Below are positions 1 to 10,633 of a DNA stretch of 64,000 nt, one piece after another. This DNA comes from Chamaesiphon sp. (lineage in GTDB: Bacteria > Cyanobacteriota > Cyanobacteriia > Cyanobacteriales > Chamaesiphonaceae), in assembly GCA_965246715.1 (NCBI GenBank), contig CBDFFH010000021.1, forward strand, positions 32,001 through 96,000, given 5' to 3'. Each line of letters starts with the position of its first letter. The first letter of the stretch is position 1. The position numbers and the translations under genes were made by a program. The notes beneath the pieces are model-generated. The model saw only the letters and a program-made list of their open reading frames with translations. It ran no database searches and was not told where the DNA came from.

Positions 1-696
1 TGTAATCGATGTTTGACCAGCTTCCGAGCTAGTGTTACTACTAACTCCTAAATTAACGGTCGGTAAGCTCGGAGCGATAGAGTTAGCTGATAGAGAGAAG
101 TCATCGATCGCCAATCCGTCATCAGCACCTGTAGCATTAAAGTCTGTCCACCGTAAATATACGGTAGCGCCACTTACAATATTCAGACTGTCGATCGTGC
201 CATTAATTGCCGTCCGATTGGCAGTAATATTGCCATCGAGCAGACCGACAGTACCAGTAGAATTCGGCGCATTGAAGTCCAGCGCATTGAAGTCGATCCA
301 CGTTCCGGTACTCACAGACGTAGCATCTAAACTGTATTGAAAGTCCAGCCGATCCGTTCGCCCGGATGCACCCAATCGCCACTGTTCTCCGGTGTAAGCG
401 ATTGCTAGCGCAGAGATCGTCCCGCCTGTATTATTGGTAAAACTCGCGCCGATCGTCGGCAGCAGACTGCCACTCTGCAATCCGCCAAAAGCTCGATCTG
501 TCGCTCCAGCCGCCCCAAAACTATAAGTATCTCCAGCATTCGAGCTGCCAGTACCTGCGGTATATGTGGTATTGGTATTAGTTCCTGTTTCGCTAAACTC
601 CCAGCCAACAGGGACAGTGGAGCTAGTACCAGAATTTACTAATGCATTGAAATCTTGAGTATATGGACTAGTACTCGTCAAACTTATAGCTGCCAT
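1..696 (-). CDS. 5' part of a large secreted/surface protein (N-terminal domain as seen in ExeM/NucH-type extracellular nucleases and Calx-beta proteins); runs off the window
   Basis: Manual translation from ATG at 696: MAAISLTSTSPYTQDFNALVNSGTSS...GDTYSFG...YTGEQWRLG...RWTDFNATGADDGLAIDDFSLSANSIAPSLPTVNLGVS, open to position 1. Not in the ORF track because no stop falls inside the window. Confidence 0.7.
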   Translation of the reverse strand, partial: MAAISLTSTSPYTQDFNALVNSGTSSTVPVGWEFSETGTNTNTTYTAGTGSSNAGDTYSFGAAGATDRAFGGLQSGSLLPTIGASFTNNTGGTISALAIAYTGEQWRLGASGRTDRLDFQYSLDATSVSTGTWIDFNALDFNAPNSTGTVGLLDGNITANRTAINGTIDSLNIVSGATVYLRWTDFNATGADDGLAIDDFSLSANSIAPSLPTVNLGVSSNTSSEAGQTSIT

Positions 697-1338
697 GTTT
701 CTCTCTGATGATATTTGGGTAGATGATTGATGTTCTGTCGGTCTTCTACTCACCACGAGTGCCGATTGCCGCGATCGTGTCAGCGCTAGCTCTAAACTAA
801 TTGAAACTACAAGCTCTCAAATATTAATAAAATCTAACTTCGACTTATCTGCGAATATATTAAAAATCCTTTTCCAATCTAAAAAATATTAATATTTTCA
901 TCACAGCGCGATCGACAACGATCGTCAGGATCTAACTTTACTCAGCATCGATACATTGACGATAACAATCGACATCTATTTGAAGTTGCTAGATTCCACC
1001 ACCGAGAATAAACTATTTGGGTTAAATTTAGGATAACTTAAGGATAAGAATTAAGATTAAATGCCTGAAGAGAGTTTGGTTTTAAAGCCGATCGCCAAGG
1101 TGACAGCTATTTAGCTGGATTTTACGATCGACAAAGATTGGTTTTGTTGACACCTACAACGATTGCTAGGTTATAATTGCGGTAAATTTCACGCTCGAAT
1201 TTATAGTCGATCGACAGATACTATAATAATTTTGATAGTTCGATCTCATGACGTTCGGTAATATTATTGATATCTAAGCTGTGGTTACCTCCTGTCGGTC
1301 GATCGGTATTTACCCCCTAATTCTCACGGTATTACAAG

Positions 1339-1938
1339 ATGAAAAAGATCGCCCCTTTCTTACCAACGATAGCTTTATCGACAGCAACTATCGCGGTGAT
1401 GACGTTAGTAGCTACATCGGCCCAAGCAATAAATTTAGTTACCAATGGTAACTTTGAAACTGGTAATATCTCTGGCTGGATGCTGAGTACTAATGATAAT
1501 ATCTTTGTTAGTGATGGCGATAATGGTACGAAAACAGCATTTTTAGGTACTACATCGATCGAATCTTTGTCCCAAACTCTAGCGACATTTGCAGGAACGA
1601 TTTATCAAATCAAATACGATCTCTTGAGTGGGGGTGGCATACCCAATTCTTTTGAAGCTAGAGTCAACAATACTATTTTATTTGGTCAAGCTAATATTGC
1701 AGCCACGACGACCTTCTTTACCCCATATAGCTTTACTTATACTGGTACTGGCACGGACAAACTCGAATTTAGATTTTTGGACGCAGGAACTTATTTCCAA
1801 TTAGATAATGTCCAGTTTAATGGATTGGCGGCTGCGACCGCAGTTCCCGAACCGATGATGACGATTGGGACGCTAATTGGTGGCTCGGTAGTGTTGCGAC
1901 TGAGAAAGAAACTCCGATCTCAGCACACATCAAAATAA
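1339..1938 (+). CDS. PEP-CTERM sorting domain protein with a carbohydrate-binding-like domain
   Basis: Signal peptide ending AQA, NLVTNGNFETG motif, C-terminal VPEP + hydrophobic helix + RLRKKLR. Confidence 0.85.
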   Translation: MKKIAPFLPTIALSTATIAVMTLVATSAQAINLVTNGNFETGNISGWMLSTNDNIFVSDGDNGTKTAFLGTTSIESLSQTLATFAGTIYQIKYDLLSGGGIPNSFEARVNNTILFGQANIAATTTFFTPYSFTYTGTGTDKLEFRFLDAGTYFQLDNVQFNGLAAATAVPEPMMTIGTLIGGSVVLRLRKKLRSQHTSK

Positions 1939-1991
1939 ATTTATGCGAGAGATTACCGTTAGCTTGTCATCGGGCGCTCTGTTATAACAAT

Positions 1992-2927
1992 TTATTTTTG
2001 AGTAGCTTTGAGCATGTGATAAGTAATCAGTAGTTGCGTGAGCGCGAGTGGATAGCTTTGGAGCGTTTCGCCAGTCGTCCCCGTGATTTTACCTAAATTG
2101 GAGTCGATTTCCAGATCGGTGAGGTGGTGTAGCTCCGGTAAGTCCGCACAAATCATTTTCGCCAGCCCTCGAACGCTATCGCGGGTAGCATGAGAATCCA
2201 CTTCCAACACATCAACGGGTTTACCCATATCCCGGTCGAGATTTAACCGAATGGTTGGCTGCTCATGGCTGCTGTCTCGGTCTAAAATCTGACTCAGATC
2301 TGGATGTGAAATAGTCGGTCTGAGTAACAACTTGACATTCAAATGCGCGGTAGTTTCCTCAGCCTCACTGACAGGTGGATAAAACCCGACAACTAAATCC
2401 GCCCATTGGCGCTGCGGACGAATAAACTCTTCTGAATCTGGCTCGCGCTTTTGGAGTTCGGCTAAAACTTGAGCCTCAGTGTAGCCACGCTTGAGCGTAT
2501 CGCGCTTAATTTTCCAGCCCTGGCGGAGCGTTTCGGGTGGAGCTAGATACACTTTGACATCATAGCAATCGCGCAGCCCTCGTGTTGAATAACCCAGCAA
2601 TCCCTCCACAATCAAAAATTTATTGGGTTTGACATATTGTGGCGGATCGAAAGTACCCGTATGGTGATTGTAAATCGGCTTGAGAATCGATTGCCCTGTG
2701 CGGAGCAACGCCAAATGTTGCTGCATGATATCGAGGTGATTGCAGTCAGGATGTAAGGCAGTAATCCCAATTTCTGCACGTTGCATTCGATCGTAACGAT
2801 GATAATCATCCGTACCGATAACTGTAATATTCTCTTTACCTAAAATTTGCGCGATGCCACTAGTCAGTGTTGTTTTACCTGCGCCGCTATCGCCGACGAT
2901 GCCGAGAATGATGGGACGATTATTCAT
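1992..2927 (-). CDS. Phosphoribulokinase/uridine kinase family protein (non-canonical PRK paralog)
   Basis: GDSGAGKTT P-loop, DDYHRYDR, KPIYNHHTG, VEGLL, KIKRD, FIRPQRQWAD motifs. Confidence 0.85.
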   Translation of the reverse strand: MNNRPIILGIVGDSGAGKTTLTSGIAQILGKENITVIGTDDYHRYDRMQRAEIGITALHPDCNHLDIMQQHLALLRTGQSILKPIYNHHTGTFDPPQYVKPNKFLIVEGLLGYSTRGLRDCYDVKVYLAPPETLRQGWKIKRDTLKRGYTEAQVLAELQKREPDSEEFIRPQRQWADLVVGFYPPVSEAEETTAHLNVKLLLRPTISHPDLSQILDRDSSHEQPTIRLNLDRDMGKPVDVLEVDSHATRDSVRGLAKMICADLPELHHLTDLEIDSNLGKITGTTGETLQSYPLALTQLLITYHMLKATQK

Positions 2928-2963
2928 TAACTTAAATCTCCTGCAAGGGCTGAGAGGTCATTC

Positions 2964-2988
2964 GATTGTGGATTGTGGATTGTGGATT
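2964..2988. repeat. Heptamer tandem repeat (GATTGTG)n, STRR-like
   Basis: gattgtggattgtggattgtggatt. Confidence 0.8.
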
Positions 2989-3127
2989 ACGGAAAAGCTT
3001 TTCTATCCCCCAACCCCCCTGATTCCCGTCCAAATGAGCGGCTCTGAACCTGTTATCTTTGGTTAAACTATTTAAGCCAGATCGCTGACTGTGACAATCG
3101 ATCGACTGTGATAGTCTGAGCATACAG

Positions 3128-4657
3128 ATGTTCCGGTACCGTGTCGTGTCGATCGACTCTAAATATACCTATCGAGTTGGCGAAATACCTGCAAATCCAT
3201 TATTGGCGAACTCACAGCCAGACTTTACCAAGATTTATCAATTGTTAGCAGTTGCCGAATCTCAGGTAAGTTATCGAGTCGAGCCAGTTCCCGCTGGTTC
3301 GCCACAATTGCCAGCAAATTTACAACTGCGATCGTATCAACAGCTAGCCGTCACCAATTGGTTTCAAAATCAAGGTCGGGGCACGCTCAAAATGGCTACT
3401 GGCAGCGGTAAAACCATCACCGCACTAGCGATCGCCACCCAACTATACCAACAAATCGGACTACAAGTACTCATCATCGTCTGTCCGTTCCGTCACCTCG
3501 TCACCCAGTGGGGTAGAGAGTGCGAAAAATTTCATCTTCAGCCGATTCTCGCCTGTGAAAGCATCCATAGATGGCAGAGTCAATTTTCCCATCAACTTGC
3601 CAAAATCAATACTCGCCAACAAGCATTTCTGACCGTTATTACCACCAACGAAACCCTAATTACTCCAGGCTTTCAGTCGCAACTCAAATACTTACCCGAT
3701 CGCACTCTCATTATCGGCGATGAAGTTCACAACCTCGGTGCGAAAAAACGCGAGTCCAGTCTCCCGCGCAATGTGGGCTTGCGACTCGCCCTCTCAGCCA
3801 CTCCCGAACGCCACTATGACGATGTGGGCACCCAAAACATCTTCGACTACTTCGGCGACATCCTCCAGCCCGAATTTACCCTCAAAGATGCGATCGAGCA
3901 AGGTGCCCTCGTCCACTATCTTTATTACCCTATCCTCATCGAACTCACCGAAAGCGAGACCGAAGAATATCTTAAACTCTCCCGCGCGATCGCCCGCAAA
4001 CTCCTCTACCAATCCAAAGATCGCGCAACTAGCTACGATGAATTCGACACTCCCGATCTCACGCCCCTATTGATGCAGCGTGCCAGACTGATCGGTGCAG
4101 CAGCCAACAAGCTGGTAGCACTCAAAAAGTTGATGCGCGATCGACTCGACACCAGCCACACCCTATTCTACTGTGGTGATGGCAGTAGCGACAGCACCCA
4201 ACAACTGGCCGCAGTCACTCATCTATTAGGAAACGAACTCGGTTATCGCGTCAACACCTACACCGCATCTACATCTCTTCCTGACAGAGAACAACTCCGC
4301 CAGCAATTTGAATCTGGTGCTCTTCAGGGACTAGTCGCCATCCGCTGTTTAGATGAAGGCATCGACATTCCCGCCATCAAACACGCCATCATCCTCGCTA
4401 GCAGCACCAACCCGCGCCAATTCATCCAACGCCGAGGTCGCATCCTTCGACCAGATGTTGGTAAGGATCGTGCTACGCTATACGATATGGTCGTTCTACC
4501 CCCGCAGCTCGATCGAGATACGCTGGCGATCGAGCGTAATTTACTCAAAAAAGAACTCCTCCGCCTGATTGAATTCGCCGATCTCGCTGACAACGCCGCC
4601 ACCGCAAGAACCCAACTCCTCACCCTTCAGAAACGCTATGGGTTATTAGATTTGTGA
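3128..4657 (+). CDS. SF2 DEAD/DEAH-like helicase (ResIII type; resembles the cyanobacterial family annotated 'DNA phosphorothioation system restriction enzyme'); start uncertain
   Basis: LRSYQ, MATGSGKT, GDEVH, LSATP, CLDEGIDIP, QRRGRILR motifs. Confidence 0.85.
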   Translation: MFRYRVVSIDSKYTYRVGEIPANPLLANSQPDFTKIYQLLAVAESQVSYRVEPVPAGSPQLPANLQLRSYQQLAVTNWFQNQGRGTLKMATGSGKTITALAIATQLYQQIGLQVLIIVCPFRHLVTQWGRECEKFHLQPILACESIHRWQSQFSHQLAKINTRQQAFLTVITTNETLITPGFQSQLKYLPDRTLIIGDEVHNLGAKKRESSLPRNVGLRLALSATPERHYDDVGTQNIFDYFGDILQPEFTLKDAIEQGALVHYLYYPILIELTESETEEYLKLSRAIARKLLYQSKDRATSYDEFDTPDLTPLLMQRARLIGAAANKLVALKKLMRDRLDTSHTLFYCGDGSSDSTQQLAAVTHLLGNELGYRVNTYTASTSLPDREQLRQQFESGALQGLVAIRCLDEGIDIPAIKHAIILASSTNPRQFIQRRGRILRPDVGKDRATLYDMVVLPPQLDRDTLAIERNLLKKELLRLIEFADLADNAATARTQLLTLQKRYGLLDL

Positions 4658-4677
4658 CAATCAATTCTAGGAGGTAA

Positions 4678-4710
4678 GAACCCCGACTTCTTGGAAGAAG
4701 TCGGGGTTCT
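4678..4710. repeat. REP-like hairpin, probable bidirectional terminator between convergent genes
   Basis: (A)GAACCCCGACTTCTT-GG-AAGAAGTCGGGGTTCT perfect inverted repeat. Confidence 0.75.
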
Positions 4711-4719
4711 GGCGAAGTT

Positions 4720-5637
4720 CTAAGGGATTTTGCGAGCGATCGATCTTTTCATAAATCGATCGATTATCTCTAAATTTTCTGGCTTTCTAAAATTATTGTT
4801 GTAATTCCAATGTCCGGCATTTGCAACTATTACTAACTGTTTATGGGGATTGGTAGTAGCTGCGTAGAGCGATCGACTCATGGTAAATGGGATGTGGCGA
4901 TCGGCAGTGCCATGAATATATAGAACTGGTAGTTTTAACGATTTGACTTTAGCGATCGAGTCAAATTTTTGGGTTAACAATAACCGCACGGGTAAGAGTT
5001 TAGACCACGGTGATGTTGCTACCATCGCCGACATGGAAGTAAAGCTACTTTGGACGATGACACTAGCCGATTCAGGATGACGGGTGGCAAGATCGATCGC
5101 GATCGCACCACCCAAAGAATAACCATAAATAACAATGCGATCGGGTGATATTTTGCGGGTTTTAACGAGATAATTCCAAGCGATTTCGGCATCGGCATAG
5201 AGTTGGTGTTCGGAGGGAAATTTACCACTACTTTTGCCATATCCCCGATAGTCAACTAACAAAACATCATAACCTAATCCCTTGAGCGTCCGGGCAGGGT
5301 CGATATTCTTCCCGATATTCTGATTGTATCCATGCAAATATAGAATCGTACCTTTAGATTTTGGTTGCGGCAAGCTCGTTTCACCCGTCGCTGAGAGCCA
5401 CCACCCAAATAATTTATCGTTATTTTTGCCAGTTTTATCGACTGGTATCCACACATCGCGATAGTCGAGATCGCGATCGGCTGGTGTAGTTGCAATCTTC
5501 AGTTCTGGCTTATAAATCAGTCGCTCTTGATATAAATACAATCCCAAACAGGCCAACAGATATGTCAGCACTGGCCATCTACCCCACCGATACAGCCAGA
5601 TAGTTCGATCGCGGAACGAGATTTTGCTGCTTTGCAC
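4720..5637 (-). CDS. Alpha/beta hydrolase (ABHD/Bem46-like) with N-terminal membrane anchor
   Basis: YLHG, DYRGYG, GYSLGG nucleophile elbow, IHGTAD, AGH. Confidence 0.85.
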   Translation of the reverse strand: MQSSKISFRDRTIWLYRWGRWPVLTYLLACLGLYLYQERLIYKPELKIATTPADRDLDYRDVWIPVDKTGKNNDKLFGWWLSATGETSLPQPKSKGTILYLHGYNQNIGKNIDPARTLKGLGYDVLLVDYRGYGKSSGKFPSEHQLYADAEIAWNYLVKTRKISPDRIVIYGYSLGGAIAIDLATRHPESASVIVQSSFTSMSAMVATSPWSKLLPVRLLLTQKFDSIAKVKSLKLPVLYIHGTADRHIPFTMSRSLYAATTNPHKQLVIVANAGHWNYNNNFRKPENLEIIDRFMKRSIARKIP

Positions 5638-5701
5638 GAATCGATTGATATACTAACTACTTGTAATCCTAGTATATATATTACGCGATTGTATAAAAAA
5701 A

Positions 5702-6463
5702 TTAGCGATGCTGTTGCGAAGCTCGATCGAGTGCGCCGCGAAATTGACTTAAAATACCACGTAATAAAGCGACTTCGTTTGGGGAAAGTTGGCTGCGATT
5801 GTATAAGCGCCGAATTTTTTCCATCCGATGCGCGGCTGTATGCGGAAATAAATAGCCAATCTCTAAGAGTAAAGTTTCTAATTGTTGATAGTAACCTTCG
5901 ACTTGCTCTACAGGTGCAATATCTAACTGTGGTGGTATTTGAGACGATCGAGCGATCGTTTCTATTTCATTACTACTCGCGCACATTTGCAATTCATAGG
6001 CGCAGACTCCTACCGCCTGAGCTAAATTTAGCGAACTATATTCCGATCCAACTGGAATGCGGATATAACGTTGAGCGTAATTTAATTCAGCATTAGTCAA
6101 ACCACTATCTTCGCGCCCGAAGAGTAATGCTGTCGGTTGGCTGCTTTCTAACAGCCACGGTAATGCTTGGCGGGGTGTTTCTAACTGGGTGGGAATGGCG
6201 CGATCTCTGGCAGTAGTCGCAATTACGCGCGTACAGCCTTGTAAGGCTGTCGTTAAATCAGAGACGATTTCGGCTGTTTCGAGCAGATCGATCGCGTGTA
6301 CGGCCATCCGCGTGGCTTCCTCGCCAAATACTTCACACTGCGGATTGACAATAACTAATCGCGTCAATCCCATATTCTTCATCACCCGCGCGATCGACCC
6401 AATATTGAGGGCACCCGCAGGCTCCACCAGAATAATCCGGATATGATTTAAATAGGTGCTCAC
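5702..6463 (-). CDS. trmJ: SPOUT RNA methyltransferase, TrmJ/TrmH family
   Basis: [29 protein letters not shown]. Confidence 0.85.
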   Translation of the reverse strand: MSTYLNHIRIILVEPAGALNIGSIARVMKNMGLTRLVIVNPQCEVFGEEATRMAVHAIDLLETAEIVSDLTTALQGCTRVIATTARDRAIPTQLETPRQALPWLLESSQPTALLFGREDSGLTNAELNYAQRYIRIPVGSEYSSLNLAQAVGVCAYELQMCASSNEIETIARSSQIPPQLDIAPVEQVEGYYQQLETLLLEIGYLFPHTAAHRMEKIRRLYNRSQLSPNEVALLRGILSQFRGALDRASQQHR

Positions 6464-6489
6464 TGTTTACCGTTTACTATTCGCGAATT

Positions 6490-6645
6490 ATGCCCCGCCA
6501 CCGATCGAAATCTGATTTACCGACTAAAGTTTGTGCCGTTTGTCAGCGACCTTTTACCTGGCGGAAGAAATGGGAAGATTGTTGGGATGATGTGAAATAT
6601 TGCTCCGATCGCTGTCGCAATCGGAAGTCTGAGGCGAAGGAGTAG
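6490..6645 (+). CDS. DUF2256-type small Cys-rich protein (51 aa), missed by the ORF track
   Basis: Manual translation [51 protein letters not shown]. Confidence 0.85.
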   Translation: MPRHRSKSDLPTKVCAVCQRPFTWRKKWEDCWDDVKYCSDRCRNRKSEAKE

Positions 6646-6668
6646 GAGAAGTGGGAAGCGTAGATCTT

Positions 6669-6754
6669 ACCCACCCCGCCCGTTCGGGCACCCCTCCTCG
6701 GAGGGAAATTCACTAGCCACTAGTCACTAGCCACTAGCCACTATCCCCTATCCC
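6669..6754. repeat. GC-rich dispersed repeat (6669-6710) followed by CACTAGC/CCCCTAT heptamer repeats
   Basis: acccaccccgcccgttcgggcacccctcctcggagggaaatt; an inverted, interrupted copy lies at 9408-9550. Confidence 0.75.
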
Positions 6755-7447
6755 CTAAAACCCAGGTTGATGGCGAATGAGGTTGAGAAATTCTTCTCTA
6801 GTGCGGTGATCTTCTTGGAAGGCTCCTAGCATCGCGCTCGTTACCGTCCAAGCGCCAGGTTTTTGCACGCCACGCATGACCATGCACATGTGGCTGGCTT
6901 CCATTACTACCGCAACGCCTCTAGGTTCGAGGACTTCTTGGAGGGCTTCGGCGATTTGGCGCGTCAGTCGTTCTTGGACTTGCATCCGGCGCGAGTACAT
7001 ATCGACGATTCGAGCTAGTTTGCTCAAGCCGACAACTTTTTGGTTGGGGATGTACGCAACGTGCGCTCTACCCATGAATGGGAGCATGTGGTGTTCGCAC
7101 ATGCTAAAGAAGTTGATATCGCGCACCAATACCATTTCATTGTGCCCTTCGTCAAAAATGGCACCATTAACGATCTCTTCCAACGATTGATTGTAGCCGC
7201 TGGTGAGAAAGCGCATCGATTCGGCGACCCGTTTGGGAGTTTTGAGCAATCCTTCCCGATCGGGATCTTCGCCTACTCCCAAGATAATCTGGCGAACTGA
7301 GGACATCATATCCTCTAGACTGACTTCTTCAGGATCGTGAATTTTTACGGGTGCGCCATCATGGGTATTGCGATCGGGTCGAGGATCGATCTTCATCGGG
7401 CGGTCTCCAGCAGCAGAATTACTACTTTGGGATGGGGAAATTGTCAT
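6755..7447 (-). CDS. folE: GTP cyclohydrolase I
   Basis: [45 protein letters not shown]. Confidence 0.97.
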   Translation of the reverse strand: MTISPSQSSNSAAGDRPMKIDPRPDRNTHDGAPVKIHDPEEVSLEDMMSSVRQIILGVGEDPDREGLLKTPKRVAESMRFLTSGYNQSLEEIVNGAIFDEGHNEMVLVRDINFFSMCEHHMLPFMGRAHVAYIPNQKVVGLSKLARIVDMYSRRMQVQERLTRQIAEALQEVLEPRGVAVVMEASHMCMVMRGVQKPGAWTVTSAMLGAFQEDHRTREEFLNLIRHQPGF

Positions 7448-7559
7448 TTTTTGTCTTAAATTTTAAATAGATGTTGGAAGTAAAAGAGGGATGAGGCGAT
7501 CGGGATTAGGGGATAACTAGGAAGTCTGCTCTAATCCCAACCCCTCTAATCCCTAATCC

Positions 7560-8291
7560 CTAAAATGCACCGCCACTAGGCATGATGGTAATCTCTTCGA
7601 CAACGGCACCAGCAGGGGCTAAAACAGCATACAGGATGCCTTCAGCGACCATTTCTGGAGTTAGCATTGCCGATCGATCGAAGTCGGCTTGCACGGTGTC
7701 TGTATCCCACAGTGGCGTATTTACCGAGCCTGGACAAATAGCCGTAACGCGAATGCCATTGGCTCTTTCCTCGCCTGCAACTGCTTGAGTGAGTGCCATC
7801 AAGCCAAATTTACTCACAGAGTATACTCCCCAGTTGGGAAATACCTGTTTGGCCGCGATCGAAGAAACGTTGACGATCGTTCCTGAGTGCCGTTGGCGCA
7901 TATGGGGCAAAACTCCCTGAATGCACTGAAATACGCTGGTTAAATTCAAATCGATCGATCGCTGCCAATCCGCTAGTGGCGTATCGCTGATGGTATTGGT
8001 ATATGCCATCCCTGCATTATTCACGAGAATATCTAAATTGTCGCAGTCTGCGGCGATCGCCGCAATTTCTGAAGAGACTCGATCGATTTTAGCCAGATCC
8101 AGTGGATAAACTTTAGCCTTGACACCGACAGCTGCTGCTGCAACGGCAACTGCTGCTAATTTAGCTTCAGAACGACCCACCAGTGCTAGGTCGATCCCTG
8201 CATTGGCAAAAGCTAATGCGGTGGCTTTGCCAATGCCACTGCTAGCTCCGGTAATTAATGCCGTTCGATTAAGGTTTGCGATCGAATTCAT
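7560..8291 (-). CDS. SDR family oxidoreductase
   Basis: TGASSGIG, NNAG, YSVSK; position between accA and folE is the usual cyanobacterial arrangement. Confidence 0.9.
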   Translation of the reverse strand: MNSIANLNRTALITGASSGIGKATALAFANAGIDLALVGRSEAKLAAVAVAAAAVGVKAKVYPLDLAKIDRVSSEIAAIAADCDNLDILVNNAGMAYTNTISDTPLADWQRSIDLNLTSVFQCIQGVLPHMRQRHSGTIVNVSSIAAKQVFPNWGVYSVSKFGLMALTQAVAGEERANGIRVTAICPGSVNTPLWDTDTVQADFDRSAMLTPEMVAEGILYAVLAPAGAVVEEITIMPSGGAF

Positions 8292-8376
8292 CTAGTCCAG
8301 GGAATATGCCCCAATGCGAGCAATTTGTAAATATTTGTTACGGATTTATCATAACACTGATTTGAACTGCTAGTAA

Positions 8377-9351
8377 TTATTCATTAAACACACCCATCTG
8401 GCGGAATTTATCATATCGTAGCGATCTTAGTTCCGTTGGCTTGAGTAGTTGCAAGGCTTGAATATTCTTCAAAATTGCTTCCTTCAACACATCTGCTGCC
8501 TTAACGGGATCGGCATGGGCGGCACCGAGTGGTTCGGGCAATATTTGGTCGAGAATGCCGAGATTTTTTAAATCCTTAGCAGTAATTTTTAATACTTCTG
8601 CGGCTTGAGGAGCCTTACCGGCATCTTTCCACAGAATCGAAGCGCAAGCTTCGGGACTAGCAACATAATAAACTGCGTGCTCGAACATCATCAACCTGTC
8701 ACCTACACCAATCCCTAATGCACCACCAGATCCACCTTCGCCGATAACCGTACAAATAATCGGCACATCGAGTCGAAACATCTCGCGCAGATTATATGCG
8801 ATCGCTTCACCCTGACCTAATTCTTCTGCTTCTAGTCCCGCCCAAGCCCCCGGCGTATCGATAAATGTAATAATTGGCATTCCAAAACGATTGGCGTGTT
8901 CCATCAACCGCATTGCCTTGCGATACCCGCCTGGAGCAGCCATGCCAAAATTGCGGGCGACGTTATCTTTAGTATCCCGCCCTTTTTGATGCCCCAGCAA
9001 TACTACTGGAATTCCAGCTAATTTACCCACACCACCAACTAGAGCCGGATCGTCTTTGCCGCGTCTGTCCCCATGCAATTCGATCCATTCATCACAGATT
9101 GCCTGAATGTAGTCGAGCGTACTGGGACGACGAGGATGACGGGCAAGTTGGAGCTGTTGCGCTGGGGTGAGAGTGCTAAATATTTCATCACGAAGTTGCA
9201 CGTATTTTGTCTCCAACTGTCCGATCTGACTGGAGATATCGACGCTGCTTTCTTCTGCAAGTTCGCGAATTTTATCAATTCGTTCTTGCAATTCCGCCAA
9301 CGGCTTTTCAAATTCGAGTAAAAAGGGCTTTTTTTCCGTGGGAGCAGGCAT
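8377..9351 (-). CDS. accA: Acetyl-CoA carboxylase carboxyltransferase alpha subunit
   Basis: [32 protein letters not shown]. Confidence 0.97.
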   Translation of the reverse strand: MPAPTEKKPFLLEFEKPLAELQERIDKIRELAEESSVDISSQIGQLETKYVQLRDEIFSTLTPAQQLQLARHPRRPSTLDYIQAICDEWIELHGDRRGKDDPALVGGVGKLAGIPVVLLGHQKGRDTKDNVARNFGMAAPGGYRKAMRLMEHANRFGMPIITFIDTPGAWAGLEAEELGQGEAIAYNLREMFRLDVPIICTVIGEGGSGGALGIGVGDRLMMFEHAVYYVASPEACASILWKDAGKAPQAAEVLKITAKDLKNLGILDQILPEPLGAAHADPVKAADVLKEAILKNIQALQLLKPTELRSLRYDKFRQMGVFNE

Positions 9352-9407
9352 CTAATAAATTATGAATGATGAATTATAAATTATGAATTCACTCCCCCTC
9401 TCTCGCT

Positions 9408-9550
9408 AAATTCCCATCCTTGGAGCGAAAAGTGCAGTCTTGGGGTTTCCCCAAGTGAAGCACCTTTTCAAGACAGCGATGCGCGCTCGTCGGGTTTCCC
9501 GACGTAAAAAGCGCATCAAGACAGGGGTGCCCGACAGGGCGGGGTGGGTT
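9408..9550. mobile_element. Dispersed repeat interrupted by two tandem ~50-bp AGCGA...TCAAGAC hairpin elements (9424-9474, 9475-9522)
   Basis: Removing 9424-9522 leaves a close match to the reverse complement of 6669-6710; a third copy of the insert lies inverted at 62120-62170. Confidence 0.8.
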
Positions 9551-9601
9551 CCGAATTAGGGATTCCGGTTTAGAGATGGGTTCCAAAATTAGGGCTAGAT
9601 T

Positions 9602-10633
9602 CTAGCCCCCAACAAAAGACAGCAACGGACGAAAGCCATGCTTGACAGAGGCTTGACCGATTTGATCCATCTTCTCGATCGTAATCTGATTGCGACCCCA
9701 CGAGAAGTTAGTATGCCATTTTTCGAATTCTAAAAGCATCGCCTCGGCAAAACAAGCAAATAGTTGGCGGCCGGGAATATCCATCGCCACGATATTCATG
9801 ATTTTCCAGTCGATGTCGAGCGAATGCTCGACGATGCCACCGTTCATCACGTAAACTCCTGGTGATTGAATTTTTGTTCCCAGATTTTTAGGATAACCGC
9901 CATCGATTAACAGACAAGGTTGTTTGAGTTTGGTGGCATCGATTTCCACCCCTTTGGGCATACTTGCCACCCACACGACGATATCCGCTTGGGGCAATGC
10001 TTCCTCCATCGATAGAATTTTGCCGCGTCCTAGCTCGGATTGGAGCTGTTGAAGCCGCTCTTGATTGCGCGCGACCAAAAGTAAGTCAGTGAGATCTGTG
10101 CGCGCGTCCAGCCAGCGACAGACAGCACTACCGATATCGCCAGTCGCACCGACAACCGCAACAGTAGCTTTGCTCAAGTCGATCCCAAGTTTGGCAGCGC
10201 CATCTTCTACCTGCCGACAAATAATGTAGGCTGTATGCGTATTTCCGGTGGTAAATTTGTCAAAATCTAATTCGATATTCCGCACTTGCTTATTTTGATG
10301 GAGATCGAATTCTTCAAAGATAATCGACGAAAATCCACCTAGCGCGGTAATATTAATGCCTTGCTTTTGAGCGTGAGCCATCGCATTGAGAATCTTGCGG
10401 ATGGCAGCTTTAATTCGCCGCGTCGCCAACATCTCTGGCAAAAAACACGATTCGACATAGTAGCCTTCGATCTGTTGTCCGGTGACACTCGTGACCTTAA
10501 TATGGTCTACTGTCTGTGGTGGGGCACTGCACCAAAAGTCCAGCCCTTGGTCGGCGTATTCGGGAAAGCCTAAGTCTTTTGCGACGGCTTGGGCGTGTTC
10601 TAAACTGGTAAGGTGACCGATAAGACCAAACAT
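9602..10633 (-). CDS. aar: Long-chain acyl-ACP reductase (alkane biosynthesis)
   Basis: [56 protein letters not shown]. Confidence 0.97.
   Translation of the reverse strand: MFGLIGHLTSLEHAQAVAKDLGFPEYADQGLDFWCSAPPQTVDHIKVTSVTGQQIEGYYVESCFLPEMLATRRIKAAIRKILNAMAHAQKQGINITALGGFSSIIFEEFDLHQNKQVRNIELDFDKFTTGNTHTAYIICRQVEDGAAKLGIDLSKATVAVVGATGDIGSAVCRWLDARTDLTDLLLVARNQERLQQLQSELGRGKILSMEEALPQADIVVWVASMPKGVEIDATKLKQPCLLIDGGYPKNLGTKIQSPGVYVMNGGIVEHSLDIDWKIMNIVAMDIPGRQLFACFAEAMLLEFEKWHTNFSWGRNQITIEKMDQIGQASVKHGFRPLLSFVGG

Noticed and set aside
32..608. ORF-track ORFs 32..340 (+) and 405..608 (-)
   Set aside because: Shadows of the real minus-strand gene starting at 696.
9389..9586. 65-aa ORF between aar and accA
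   Set aside because: Made almost entirely of nested repeat elements, with no protein-like features.
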